This document shows positions 29,022 to 38,311 of a stretch of 60,626 nt of DNA, piece by piece (within the stretch, counting starts at the first letter, position 1; every line of letters begins with the position of its first letter). Under the pieces are notes generated by a model. That model was given only the letters and a program-made list of their open reading frames with translations, made no database searches and was not told the origin of the DNA. This DNA is from Candidatus Methanomethylicia archaeon (GTDB taxonomy: Archaea; Thermoproteota; Methanomethylicia; CALHIW01). The translations under genes and the position numbers were made by a program. Location: the NCBI GenBank assembly GCA_038845975.1, contig JAWBQF010000016.1, positions 1 through 60,626 on the forward strand, given 5' to 3'.

Positions 29022-30700
29022 GTGGTGAATCCATAGATAGAATTCGTGAGAAATCTGTAGAGTGGATGGAGAAGATTGTAAAGCCACTGCTAAAAAAGAA
29101 TCCTGAAAGAAGAGAGTTTAAATGTGAAAGTGGTTTAGTAATTCAGCGTTTATATACTCCTCTAGATCTTGCTGAGAAAGGTTGGAGCTATCTTGAGAAA
29201 CTCAGCTTTCCAGGTGCTTACCCATATACAAGGGGAGTCTATCCTACAATGTATCGTGGAAGAATATGGACTATTAGACAGTATGCTGGTTATGGCTCTG
29301 CTGAGGATAGTAATGAGAGGTTTAAGTATTTATTAAAAGTTGGACAAACAGGCTTAAGTATAGCTTTTGACCTACCAACCCAGTTAGGTTTAGATCCTGA
29401 TGATAGGCTTGCATGGCATGAAGTTGGAAAGGTTGGTGTTTCAATGCCTTCAATAGCTGAAATGGATATTTTATTTAGAGATATACCTTTAGATAAGGTT
29501 TCAACATCAATGACTATAAATGCTACTGCAATGGAGGTTTTATCAATGTATATTGCTATAGCAGAGTCTAGAGGAATTCCTAGAAGCATTCTAGACGGTA
29601 CTGTTCAAAACGATATTTTAAAGGAATATGTTGCAAGAGGAAACTATATATATCCACCAGAACAATCAATGAGGTATGCTGCTGATATTATACTATTCTG
29701 CTCAAGAGAGATTCCTAGATGGAATAGTATAAGTATAAGTGGATACCACTTTGAGGAGGCCGGCGCAACACCTGTTCAGGAAGTAGCATTTACACTTGCA
29801 GATGCTATTGAGTATGTTAGATATGTTAGGGATAGAGGTTTTGATGTTGATAGCTTTGCTCCAAGACTATCATTCTTCTTCGCTGCTCGAACAAACATAT
29901 TTGAGCAAGTTGCTAAGTTTAGAGCTGCTAGGAGAATGTGGGCTAGGATAATGAAGGATATGTTTAACGCTAAGGATCCCAGGTCTATGATGATGAGGTT
30001 TCATGTACAGACAGCAGGTGTAACATTAACAGCTCAACAGCCTGAGGTAAATATTATAAGAACAACACTACAAGCATTAGCAGCTATACTTGGTGGAGCC
30101 CAGTCTCTACATGTTAACTCATATGATGAAGCATTATGCTTACCAACAGAGAAATCTGTTAAGTTAGCTGTAAGAGTACAGCAAGTATTAGCATATGAGT
30201 CTGGAGTTACTGATACTGTAGATCCTCTAGGCGGAGGATACTATATTGAATGGTTAACGGATCAAATAGAGGAGGAAGCTTGGAAGATAATTGATCATGT
30301 TGAAAAACTTGGAGGAATGGTTAAGGCAATAGAAAAGGGATACCCTCAGGCTGAAATCATGAAGAGTGCATATGAATATCAACAGAAAATAGAAAGTGGT
30401 GAGGTAGCAGTTATAGGTGTAAACATGTTTAGAGAAGAGGAAGAAATAAAATTAGAGCTTTTAAAAGTAGATCCCAAAGTAAGAGAAAGAGTTATAGATA
30501 GATTGAGAAAGCTGAAAGGTGAAAGAGATCAGCTAAAAGTTCAGGAGGCTTTAGATAGACTAAGAAAAGCAGCTGAGAAGACAAATGAAAATTTATTCCT
30601 ATATGTGCTAGAAGCTGTAAAAGCTAAAGCAACAGTTGGAGAAATAAGTAAAGTATTAAGAGATATATGGGGTGAGTGGAGAGGTCCAACAATAATCTAA
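29018..30700 (+). CDS. Methylmalonyl-CoA mutase large subunit
   Basis: PYTRGVYPTMYRGRIWTIRQYAG, QNDILKEYVARG and NSISISGYH motifs; the Tyr/Arg specificity pair of methylmalonyl-CoA mutases is present. Confidence 0.93.
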   Translation: MSGESIDRIREKSVEWMEKIVKPLLKKNPERREFKCESGLVIQRLYTPLDLAEKGWSYLEKLSFPGAYPYTRGVYPTMYRGRIWTIRQYAGYGSAEDSNERFKYLLKVGQTGLSIAFDLPTQLGLDPDDRLAWHEVGKVGVSMPSIAEMDILFRDIPLDKVSTSMTINATAMEVLSMYIAIAESRGIPRSILDGTVQNDILKEYVARGNYIYPPEQSMRYAADIILFCSREIPRWNSISISGYHFEEAGATPVQEVAFTLADAIEYVRYVRDRGFDVDSFAPRLSFFFAARTNIFEQVAKFRAARRMWARIMKDMFNAKDPRSMMMRFHVQTAGVTLTAQQPEVNIIRTTLQALAAILGGAQSLHVNSYDEALCLPTEKSVKLAVRVQQVLAYESGVTDTVDPLGGGYYIEWLTDQIEEEAWKIIDHVEKLGGMVKAIEKGYPQAEIMKSAYEYQQKIESGEVAVIGVNMFREEEEIKLELLKVDPKVRERVIDRLRKLKGERDQLKVQEALDRLRKAAEKTNENLFLYVLEAVKAKATVGEISKVLRDIWGEWRGPTII

Positions 30701-30899
30701 CATTACGTGAATCATAGTCAACGTCCCTCATAAATCTTTATCTAAGAAGAACTGGAAAGATAATAATATACTCCAACCATAATCCACCATAAGTAAGTAG
30801 AGCCCCCTCAAATAAGGCTAAAATTAGCAAAGAATACTACTTCACCATTAGATTTAAATTGTAGAATAATTTACTTATATTTGGTGATTTATTTAATAT

Positions 30900-31067
30900 A
30901 TGGAATTGAAAGGAAAAGTGGATGAGCAAGGTAGACTTGTTATACCGTTAGATTGGAGAATTAGGGAGTTGAGTGAAAGTAAGGAGGTGTTTATAATAAA
31001 GGGTAAAGGATATTTGAAGATGGTTCCTAAGAGTAAAATCGATTTAACAAGATTTTTGATAGTTTAG
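30900..31067 (+). pseudogene. AbrB-fold antitoxin, apparently frameshifted near the 3' end
   Basis: Manual translation gives MELKGKVDEQGRLVIPLDWRIRELSESKEVFIIKGKGYLKMVPKSKIDLTRFLIV*; similar to 1064-1309. Confidence 0.75.
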
Positions 31068-31109
31068 GAATGAATATAAAGAATTGGGATGAATTTGAGA
31101 GGAGAATAT

Positions 31110-31163
31110 ATGATGTTTCTTGATGTAAACGTATTCATATACGCTTACTATAAGCTTAAATAA
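31110..31163 (+). pseudogene. Truncated VapC toxin (first ~17 codons only)
   Basis: MMFLDVNVFIYAYYKLK* resembles the N-terminus MRFVDASVFVHAFIKPK of the intact VapC. Confidence 0.7.
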
Positions 31164-31317
31164 ATTTTCTATAACTAAAGCTAGAAAATTCATACTGGCT
31201 TCGGTTAATTATTAGTCTGTTATAGTTAATTTATTCCGGTGGATTTTGTTATAGGCTATGAAAAAGTTGGAAAATTTTTATAGTAAGATTTAATTAGGCT
31301 TACTTTATCGGTATTTT

Positions 31318-31698
31318 ATGTTTGAGATTGAAATTATATGTAGATCTGTAAGAGCTAAAGCTGTAATAACTCTTGACGAGAATCCGAATACTGCCAGAGC
31401 TATTATTAATAGTCTTCCAATTAAAAGTAAAGTTATGCTTTGGGGTGATGAAATTTATTTTCCAGTACCTGTATCCTTAGGAGTTGAGAATGCACGTGAA
31501 AGAGTTAGGATTGGTGAGCTGGCTTACTGGCCTGAGGAGCCTTCTCTATGTATTTTCTTCGGTAAAACTCCTATTAGTCTTTCGATAGAAGATATAAGAG
31601 CATACAGTCCTGTTAATGTGATAGGATATCTTAAAACAGATCCTAAAGAATTTAAAAAGGTTAGGAGTGGAGATAGTATAGTAGTTAAACTATGTTAG
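31318..31698 (+). CDS. Cyclophilin-like fold protein (DUF369/TM1367 type)
   Basis: WGDEIYF, GELAYWP, CIFFGKTP and SPVNVIG motifs. Confidence 0.85.
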   Translation: MFEIEIICRSVRAKAVITLDENPNTARAIINSLPIKSKVMLWGDEIYFPVPVSLGVENARERVRIGELAYWPEEPSLCIFFGKTPISLSIEDIRAYSPVNVIGYLKTDPKEFKKVRSGDSIVVKLC

Positions 31699-33077
31699 CC
31701 AGCTTTAGGAAGATATGGCTTTAAAAGTTTAATACAGCTTCTTAATGAATTAGTGAATTCTTCAATTTCCCCCTTAGTCATTACTGTTGATATGTTAAAC
31801 ATTCCTCTCTTAGCGATAAATATGCCTCTATTAATTAATGCTATATGTAGTAGTGTTTTAGCCTCTCTATTTGATGTTAAAGCAGTTCTATAATCTATAA
31901 TTTCAACCTTTGTAAAGTGAATATTGTATAGGGAGCCTATACCTGTTACTTGTCCAATAATCTCTTCTTCCTCAAATATTTTCTCAATATTTCTCCTTAG
32001 TAAGTTGCCTAATGTATTTATTTTTTCAATGGCTGAAGTTGTTAATTCCTCCATTGATGCTATACCCGCAGTCATTGCTAATGCATTTCCATTAAATGTA
32101 CCTGAATGCTGAATAAAGTTTTCTCTTTCAGGTGAGAATAGATCCATGATGTCTTCACGTCCTCCAAAAGCACCTATAGGTAGTCCTCCACCAATTATTT
32201 TTCCGAGGCATGTTAGATCTGGAACTACGTTAAAATATTCTTGCCCTCCCCCTCTACTTAGTCTAGCTGTTATTATCTCGTCGAAGATTAGTAGAATATC
32301 GTTTTCCAATGTTATTTCTCTTAGAAACTTTAAATAGTCATTTCTAGGAGGTATCATACCAGCAACTCCCATCATTGGTTCAACAATAACTGCAGCTAGT
32401 TCCCTTCTATTTTCTTTAACTATTTTCTCTATGGCTTCCTTATTGTTGAATGGAGCTACAAGAACATCTTTAACTATGCCTTCAGGTATTCCAGGTCCTT
32501 CAGGAATGCTTAAAGGCTTCTCTATAGAGCCTATCTTCTCCATGCTTGGACTTACACTTATATCAAGTAGTGGATGGCTTCCATGATATCCTCCTTCCAT
32601 CTTCAAAATCTTAGTTTTACCTGTGTATGCTCTAGCTGCCCGTACAGCCATCATCGTAGCTTCAGTTCCTGAATTGCAGAATCTAACTTTTCTAATTGAT
32701 GGAAATCTTTCACATAGTATTTTAGCTAGCTTATATTGACTCTCAATACCTGCAGCATATAGCCATCCTCTTTCTAACTGCTCTTTAATTGCTTCAACTA
32801 TTCTAGGATGAGCGTGTCCATGAATTAACGCTGTATAGTTATTTAGAAAATCTATATATACATTTCCATCAACATCATATAATCTACATCCCTTAGCTTT
32901 CTCTATGAATAATGGATAAGGCTTAAAATAAGCTACGCTACGTGTATCCCCGCCAGGCATGTAGTTTCTTGCATTTAAATATATTTCCCTAGATTTAAGT
33001 GTTTTACTTTCATATTCCTCATATTGCTGTTTTACTAATTGATTTATACTCATAGCTTCACCACTTAAACGTTTCAA
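31695..33077 (-). CDS. Class III PLP aminotransferase (GSA-aminomutase-like)
   Basis: NSGTEATM, GGYHGS, LIFDEIIT, GKIIGGGLPIG and HSGTFNGN motifs; likely start is the ATG at 33053. Confidence 0.9.
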   Translation of the reverse strand: MKRLSGEAMSINQLVKQQYEEYESKTLKSREIYLNARNYMPGGDTRSVAYFKPYPLFIEKAKGCRLYDVDGNVYIDFLNNYTALIHGHAHPRIVEAIKEQLERGWLYAAGIESQYKLAKILCERFPSIRKVRFCNSGTEATMMAVRAARAYTGKTKILKMEGGYHGSHPLLDISVSPSMEKIGSIEKPLSIPEGPGIPEGIVKDVLVAPFNNKEAIEKIVKENRRELAAVIVEPMMGVAGMIPPRNDYLKFLREITLENDILLIFDEIITARLSRGGGQEYFNVVPDLTCLGKIIGGGLPIGAFGGREDIMDLFSPERENFIQHSGTFNGNALAMTAGIASMEELTTSAIEKINTLGNLLRRNIEKIFEEEEIIGQVTGIGSLYNIHFTKVEIIDYRTALTSNREAKTLLHIALINRGIFIAKRGMFNISTVMTKGEIEEFTNSLRSCIKLLKPYLPKAG

Positions 33078-33338
33078 TCGTATAATTAAACCTTACTAAA
33101 TTTTAATGGCATAATAAAACTTACATTCATAAACCTCATAGCAGCATCTTGTTAAAATAGAATAAGAGAATTAACTATGTAATAACACGTTTCATTAATT
33201 ATCTTATTCCCCATAAATATATAGAGATATGAGGAGGTCAAATCAAATCTAAGCTATGAATAATAGAATTATTAGCTGGATAATATCAAACATAGAGCTT
33301 AATCACTGAAACATAATGAAACTCAACTAGGCTATAAA

Positions 33339-33505
33339 TGCTCTTGTAAACTTAAAACCTATTTATGAGTAAACTATTCTAATATTATAGCTTATCTATG
33401 TAAATGTTTTAAGATGATAGCGTCTCTATGAAGAAGCCATGCTGGATATGAGATTTATGATATTTAGTATGATAATCCGTCAACATAACTTAAGTTTATA
33501 AGCAT
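33339..33505. mobile_element. Possible degenerate MITE
   Basis: Imperfect terminal inverted repeats TGCTCTTGTAAACTTAA ... TTAAGTTTATAAGCA resembling the IS6-type ends; no clear TSD. Confidence 0.35.
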
Positions 33506-33550
33506 GTCTAAACTAAAACTTTAAATATTGTTTAAATTATTGTCTAATTT

Positions 33551-34243
33551 GTGGTTAACTTACGTAATGATCTCCTAAAACTCTTGAAGAAGGACGAAGA
33601 TCTCCGTTACACTGTAATGGGGTTAATAGGTATAAATGATTTAAGGAGTACTCTAAAGACATTAACAGGAGCTGTAAGGAAATTAACAAAGCGTCTTAAT
33701 GATTTAACAGATAGGATTAATTCTCTAGCTGAAGCCCAAGTGAAAACTGAGGAAGCCATAAAGAGCCTTACTAAACATCTTAATGATTTAACAGATAGGA
33801 TTAATTCTCTAGCTGAAGCCCAAGTGAAAACTGAGGAAGCCATAAAGAGCCTTACTTTAGAGGTTAGTAGGCTATCTGATACTATAGGTTTCAGCCTTGA
33901 GGATATAGCTAGAGTTGTTATTCCGGATTTTCTATATAGACATGAAGGAGTTGAGGTAAGTGATTTAGAGAGGAAAATTATTATAGTTAATGGCGAAGAG
34001 GTAGAGGTTAATCTATATGGCGAGGGGTTTTCTAAGAATGGTAGGAAAATAACAGTTATTGGTGAGGTTAAATCTAGAATATATAGTGGCGATGTAGTGA
34101 GGTTTGATGGAAGGACTGGAAAGCTAGTTAAAGTAGTTAAGGGTGAGATGTATAAGCTAATGTTTGGATACTTAATACATCCAGTAGCTGAAGAGGAGGC
34201 GAGAAGAAGAGGAGTAAAGCTAATAGCATCATATATGCGGTAA
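33551..34243 (+). CDS. Coiled-coil protein with a C-terminal PD-(D/E)XK-like domain (DUF3782-like archaeal family)
   Basis: Heptad repeats LAEAQVKTEE; C-terminal EVEVNLYG...IGEVKSR. Confidence 0.75.
   Translation: MVNLRNDLLKLLKKDEDLRYTVMGLIGINDLRSTLKTLTGAVRKLTKRLNDLTDRINSLAEAQVKTEEAIKSLTKHLNDLTDRINSLAEAQVKTEEAIKSLTLEVSRLSDTIGFSLEDIARVVIPDFLYRHEGVEVSDLERKIIIVNGEEVEVNLYGEGFSKNGRKITVIGEVKSRIYSGDVVRFDGRTGKLVKVVKGEMYKLMFGYLIHPVAEEEARRRGVKLIASYMR
33694..33856 (+). repeat. In-frame 84-bp-period tandem duplication (79 bp identical)
   Basis: 33694-33772 equals 33778-33856, encoding LNDLTDRINSLAEAQVKTEEAIKSLT twice. Confidence 0.95.
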
Positions 34244-34344
34244 TATCCAATTATTTTGCTAGCATACTAATCTTACAAAGTGTTAAATAGTAAAATATCT
34301 AGAAGTTCCAGCCTTAGTTTAGAAGTAATTATATTTTCTCCATT

Positions 34345-34884
34345 TTAGATTGGAAGGAGGTCTTTATAGTTTGGTTTTGCATATATTGCTTCAATTTTTC
34401 CGAAGTATACTGTATGTATATCATTGGATGGATATATCCATTTAATAATATCTTTAGGTATCTGGTTTCTATCTAGTCTATCCTTATATTTAACGTAGCA
34501 TTCATAGTGTATTATACACTCATCTATGATTGGAGGCTTTACAATACGTGATCTAACAGGCTTAATATTAAATTTACTAAACTTATCTATTTCCCTACCT
34601 GAAAACGTACCACATCCCTCAACAATAGACTCCATTCCCTTCCTAGGAACATTTACAGTAAATTCTCCCACATCCTCTATGAAGCTATAAGTATATCTTG
34701 AAGATCTTACTGCAATCATGAAGTAGGTTTCTCTCCAGAACATTCCAATAAGTCCCCATCCAATAGTCATTACGTTTATCTTACCACCTCTATTAGTAGT
34801 AACTAGTAGTAGACCATGTTTACGCATAACGTTTAATGTCGGTATTAAAACATCTTCTAATGATACATCAATTAAGTCAGTCAT
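34345..34884 (-). CDS. Flavin reductase-like FMN-binding protein
   Basis: NVMTIGWG, RYT..GEFTVN, CGTFSGREIDKF and H-Y-E-C motifs. Confidence 0.88.
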   Translation of the reverse strand: MTDLIDVSLEDVLIPTLNVMRKHGLLLVTTNRGGKINVMTIGWGLIGMFWRETYFMIAVRSSRYTYSFIEDVGEFTVNVPRKGMESIVEGCGTFSGREIDKFSKFNIKPVRSRIVKPPIIDECIIHYECYVKYKDRLDRNQIPKDIIKWIYPSNDIHTVYFGKIEAIYAKPNYKDLLPI

Positions 34885-34930
34885 AAACTTCTGTATAGAG
34901 GAGGTTTAAAAATCTACTGTTAACGGTGAT

Positions 34931-34990
34931 AACTTTGTGAACTTAAGCCATCAACTATACATGTCTTCTACCTCTAAAGTTCACATGACC
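34931..34990 (-). mobile_element. ~60-bp mini-element made of little more than the two IS6-type ends
   Basis: AACTTTGTGAACTTAAGC...CTAAAGTTCACATGACC; flanks ACGGTGAT / ACAATAAT match at 5 of 8 positions. Confidence 0.55.
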
Positions 34991-35041
34991 ACAATAATTA
35001 ACGTTTATATTTGTGTATTTTAATTTCGGCTTGGTGCTGGA

Positions 35042-36439
35042 ATGAACATATTTAATACAATATTCAATCCTAAAACTATAGCTGTTATTGGTGCTTCAGA
35101 TAATCCTAGAAAGCTTGGATACTATTGTTTATCTAGTCTAGTTAATGGTGGGTTTAGAGGTGAAATATACCCTGTAAATCCTAATTTAAAAATGGTTATG
35201 GGGCTTAAATCTTACCCGTCCATTACTAGTATACCTGTAAATATTGATTTGGCTGTAGTTGTTGTTCCTTCAAGTATTGTTCCACAGGTTTTAATTGACT
35301 GCGTATCTAAAAATGTTAAGGGGGCTGTAGTTATAACTGCTGGTTTTAGAGAAGCTGAAGTTGAGGATGGTATTCGTCTCCAGGAAGCTATTAAATCCAT
35401 AGCTGATAAAGCTGGAGTTAAAATTATAGGGCCAAATACTTTTGGAATGGTGAATCTTGATATAGATCTTAATGCATCATTTACACCTGAACTCTCAAAG
35501 CTTAAGAAGGGAAACGTAAGTCTTATAGGTCAGAGTGGTGGGGTATGCCATTTAGTAGCTTATATGTCAACTATTTATGGATTAGGATTTAGTAAAATAG
35601 TTGGTTTAGGAAATAGATGTAATGTGGATTTTGCAGATATAATTGAATATCTTAAGGATGATGTTAATACTAGAGTAATAGCTATTCATGTTGAGGGAGT
35701 TGATGATGCCCGTAGGCTTATAGAGGCTGCTAAACATGCTTCCTGTATAAAACCTATTGTAGCATATAAGACAGGTAGGTCAAGAATTGCTGATAAAGCA
35801 TCGAAAACACATACAGGCTCACTTGCAGGTAACTATCAGCTTTATGAAGCAGCTTTTAAACAAGCTGGTGTTTTAACTGTTAGGGATGTTGAAGATTTCT
35901 TCGATGCTATGAAGGCTTTAAGTATTTGTCCAATACCTAAAGGTAATAGTATTGCAATTATAACTGGTCAAGCAGGACTAGGCATAATTGCAGCTGATGC
36001 CTGCTATGAATATGGATTAAATCTTGCTAAACTTTCAAATAAAACATATTCAATTATAGAAAGACTACTTCCTCCACTATCTATTAGGGAGAATCCTATT
36101 GATATGGGGCCTTCATGGAGTAATATAGAAATATGTAAGAGCATTGTTGAAGCTGTTATTAGTGATGATTCTGTTCATGCATTAGTTTTATGCTTTACAT
36201 ATGCATCTGCAAGTCCAAATATAGTTTTAGAGCTGATACCGATATTGAAGGAATGGACGTATGTTAAGCCTGTTACAGCATGTCTTCCAGCACCATATGG
36301 ATTCTGGCTTAAGGATAGGGAGATTCTTGAATCATGTGGGGTTGCTACATATCCAACACCAAGTAGAGCCGTAAAGGCAATATCCTTTCTAGTAATTTAT
36401 GGAAAACTTACTGAAAGGTTTACTTCTAGTACTGACTGA
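35042..36439 (+). CDS. ADP-forming acetate/acyl-CoA ligase alpha subunit
   Basis: IAVIGAS, YPVNP, GPNTFG, QSGG, phospho-His motif HTGSLAG and NPIDM. Confidence 0.9.
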   Translation: MNIFNTIFNPKTIAVIGASDNPRKLGYYCLSSLVNGGFRGEIYPVNPNLKMVMGLKSYPSITSIPVNIDLAVVVVPSSIVPQVLIDCVSKNVKGAVVITAGFREAEVEDGIRLQEAIKSIADKAGVKIIGPNTFGMVNLDIDLNASFTPELSKLKKGNVSLIGQSGGVCHLVAYMSTIYGLGFSKIVGLGNRCNVDFADIIEYLKDDVNTRVIAIHVEGVDDARRLIEAAKHASCIKPIVAYKTGRSRIADKASKTHTGSLAGNYQLYEAAFKQAGVLTVRDVEDFFDAMKALSICPIPKGNSIAIITGQAGLGIIAADACYEYGLNLAKLSNKTYSIIERLLPPLSIRENPIDMGPSWSNIEICKSIVEAVISDDSVHALVLCFTYASASPNIVLELIPILKEWTYVKPVTACLPAPYGFWLKDREILESCGVATYPTPSRAVKAISFLVIYGKLTERFTSSTD

Positions 36440-37427
36440 ATAGATGCCTATATGGGAATATTCCAGGCACTCCACCTGTATGTATGAATAATACATTATC
36501 GTCATTTTTAATCATCTTCCTCTTAGCTAAATCTACTAATCCAACCATAGCTTTCCCCGTGTATACTGGTTCTAGAATTACACCTTCGGTATGCGCTGCT
36601 AGCTTTATTGCCTCAATAACTTCTCTTGAAGCTAGCCCATATCCTCCAAATGTATAGTCATTAATAACCATAGCTTCATTTTCATTAACCTTTACGTTTA
36701 GATCCATGATTTCAGCTGCTTCATTAGCAAAATTCACAACATTTCTTCTAAGCCTTTCACCACTATATGCCCCAACATTAATACCTATAACCCTAGTTTT
36801 TAAACCTGTAGATTTCAAACCTAAAACCAATCCAGCTTGAGTTGCTCCTCCCCCTGTAGCGTGAATAATATAGTTGAAGTTTAAATCCATTTCTTCAGCT
36901 TGGTATAAGATCTCCATAAACGCCTTATAGTACCCTAAAGCTCCAAGAGCTGTTTCCCCACCAGCTGGAATTACATATGGCTTACAGCCTCTACTTTTTA
37001 ATTCACTATACAACTCATCAATAGCCTGAGTCGATTCCTCATCTATACCTAGCTTAACCATTTTTATGTCTGCTCCCAGAATATAGTCTAAAAGTAAATT
37101 TCCATCATACTCTTTAGGAATATCCTTAAATTGTGCTGTTCGAAGTATAAGATATGTTTTCAGCCTAAACTTATTAGCTACAGCTACAACCATTCTAGCC
37201 CAGTTTGACTGTATACCACAGCTTGTAATTATTGTATCACATCCCTTATCCAGTACGTCAGCAATAAGAAACTCAAGCTTTCTAGCCTTATTACCCCCAA
37301 GACCAATACCCGTATAGTCGTCTCTTTTAAACCATACATTAACCCCTAAAGTCTCTGAAAGATTAAATGCTTTTTCAATTGGAGTTGGTAGATTAGCTAT
37401 CCTAATTCTTTTCAACTTCCCAATCAT
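36426..37427 (-). CDS. D-cysteine desulfhydrase / ACC deaminase family PLP enzyme
   Basis: KRDD, GGNKARKLEFL, QSNW, GNLLLD and EPVYTGKA motifs. Confidence 0.9.
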   Translation of the reverse strand: MIGKLKRIRIANLPTPIEKAFNLSETLGVNVWFKRDDYTGIGLGGNKARKLEFLIADVLDKGCDTIITSCGIQSNWARMVVAVANKFRLKTYLILRTAQFKDIPKEYDGNLLLDYILGADIKMVKLGIDEESTQAIDELYSELKSRGCKPYVIPAGGETALGALGYYKAFMEILYQAEEMDLNFNYIIHATGGGATQAGLVLGLKSTGLKTRVIGINVGAYSGERLRRNVVNFANEAAEIMDLNVKVNENEAMVINDYTFGGYGLASREVIEAIKLAAHTEGVILEPVYTGKAMVGLVDLAKRKMIKNDDNVLFIHTGGVPGIFPYRHLFSQY

Positions 37428-37481
37428 AAATCCACCAAGTAACTCAAACTAGATCTATTTAAATTTTAGCTAACCTTATCT

Positions 37482-38200
37482 GGCTTTGTTAACTTAAGCA
37501 TGTTTTATTACCTCTATTTTTGGTATTATGTTTTCTATGAATTCTTAGCTTTTATTTTCCTGTTAATCCATGTTTGTTTAGTATGTATGCTATTGATTTT
37601 ATAAGCATTAATGCATGTTCACCATCACATCTATCCTTCATACAAGGTATATAATTATCGAATAGCTTAGTTCTATCCTTAACACACTGTATTATTCTCT
37701 CCATTAATTCTAACCTCTAAACCATATAATGTTTTAAGTTTAATATTCTCATGATGCTTTATAATAATGAGCTCCATCACTTAATACAACTATATTAGAA
37801 CCATAGGTAGTTTTAATCTTTTAATGTTAGGGATGTAAGTATGTTGCAACATCACAAACCTATATATAGAATCCTCCTCAATAATGGCTCAAACACAACA
37901 TAAACAATCTTACTCTTAGAACCTACACTTATAATAGTATCATCAACCATAACAATCCTAACACCCCTCCCATCAAACTCAAATAGGAAGCTTAAAGATC
38001 TAAACCACGATAATATAAATACATAACCTAAAACAATAAAACTAAATATCCGAAGCCATCCTAGATGAACGAAAATATATATAAGCAATAAACAACTAGA
38101 GTAAATGGAGTTTCCTCCCTAATAAACCTAACAATTTTAGACATACTAACACCATAAATAGGGGAGTGAACTCCCAAATAAGTCTAAAGTTAACAAAGCC
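37482..38200 (-). mobile_element. IS6-family insertion sequence, 719 bp, with a pseudogenised transposase
   Basis: Perfect 14-bp TIRs GGCTTTGTTAACTT / AAGTTAACAAAGCC; 8-bp TSD CCTTATCT (37474-37481 and 38201-38208); DDE fragments VDDTIISVG..VFEP, VLSDGAHYY and MERIIQCVKDRT..FDNYIPC interrupted by stops and frameshifts. Confidence 0.92.
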
Positions 38201-38311
38201 CCTTATCTTGTTAGCTTAAGTCCTCGACTACCCATACTTTATATCTAAGTTACGGAGTCTTGAAACTGTAAAGCAGCAATAATATCTTACCAGCTAGTAA
38301 GAAATATATTC

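Noticed and set aside
29018-30700. Isobutyryl-CoA or other variant mutase
   Set aside because: It has the Tyr (RQYAG) and Arg residues typical of methylmalonyl-CoA mutase
33694-33856. Possible CRISPR-like repeat
   Set aside because: Only two long in-frame units inside a CDS, with no spacers and no cas genes
37852-38088. 78-aa ORF
   Set aside because: It is a fragment of the broken IS6 transposase
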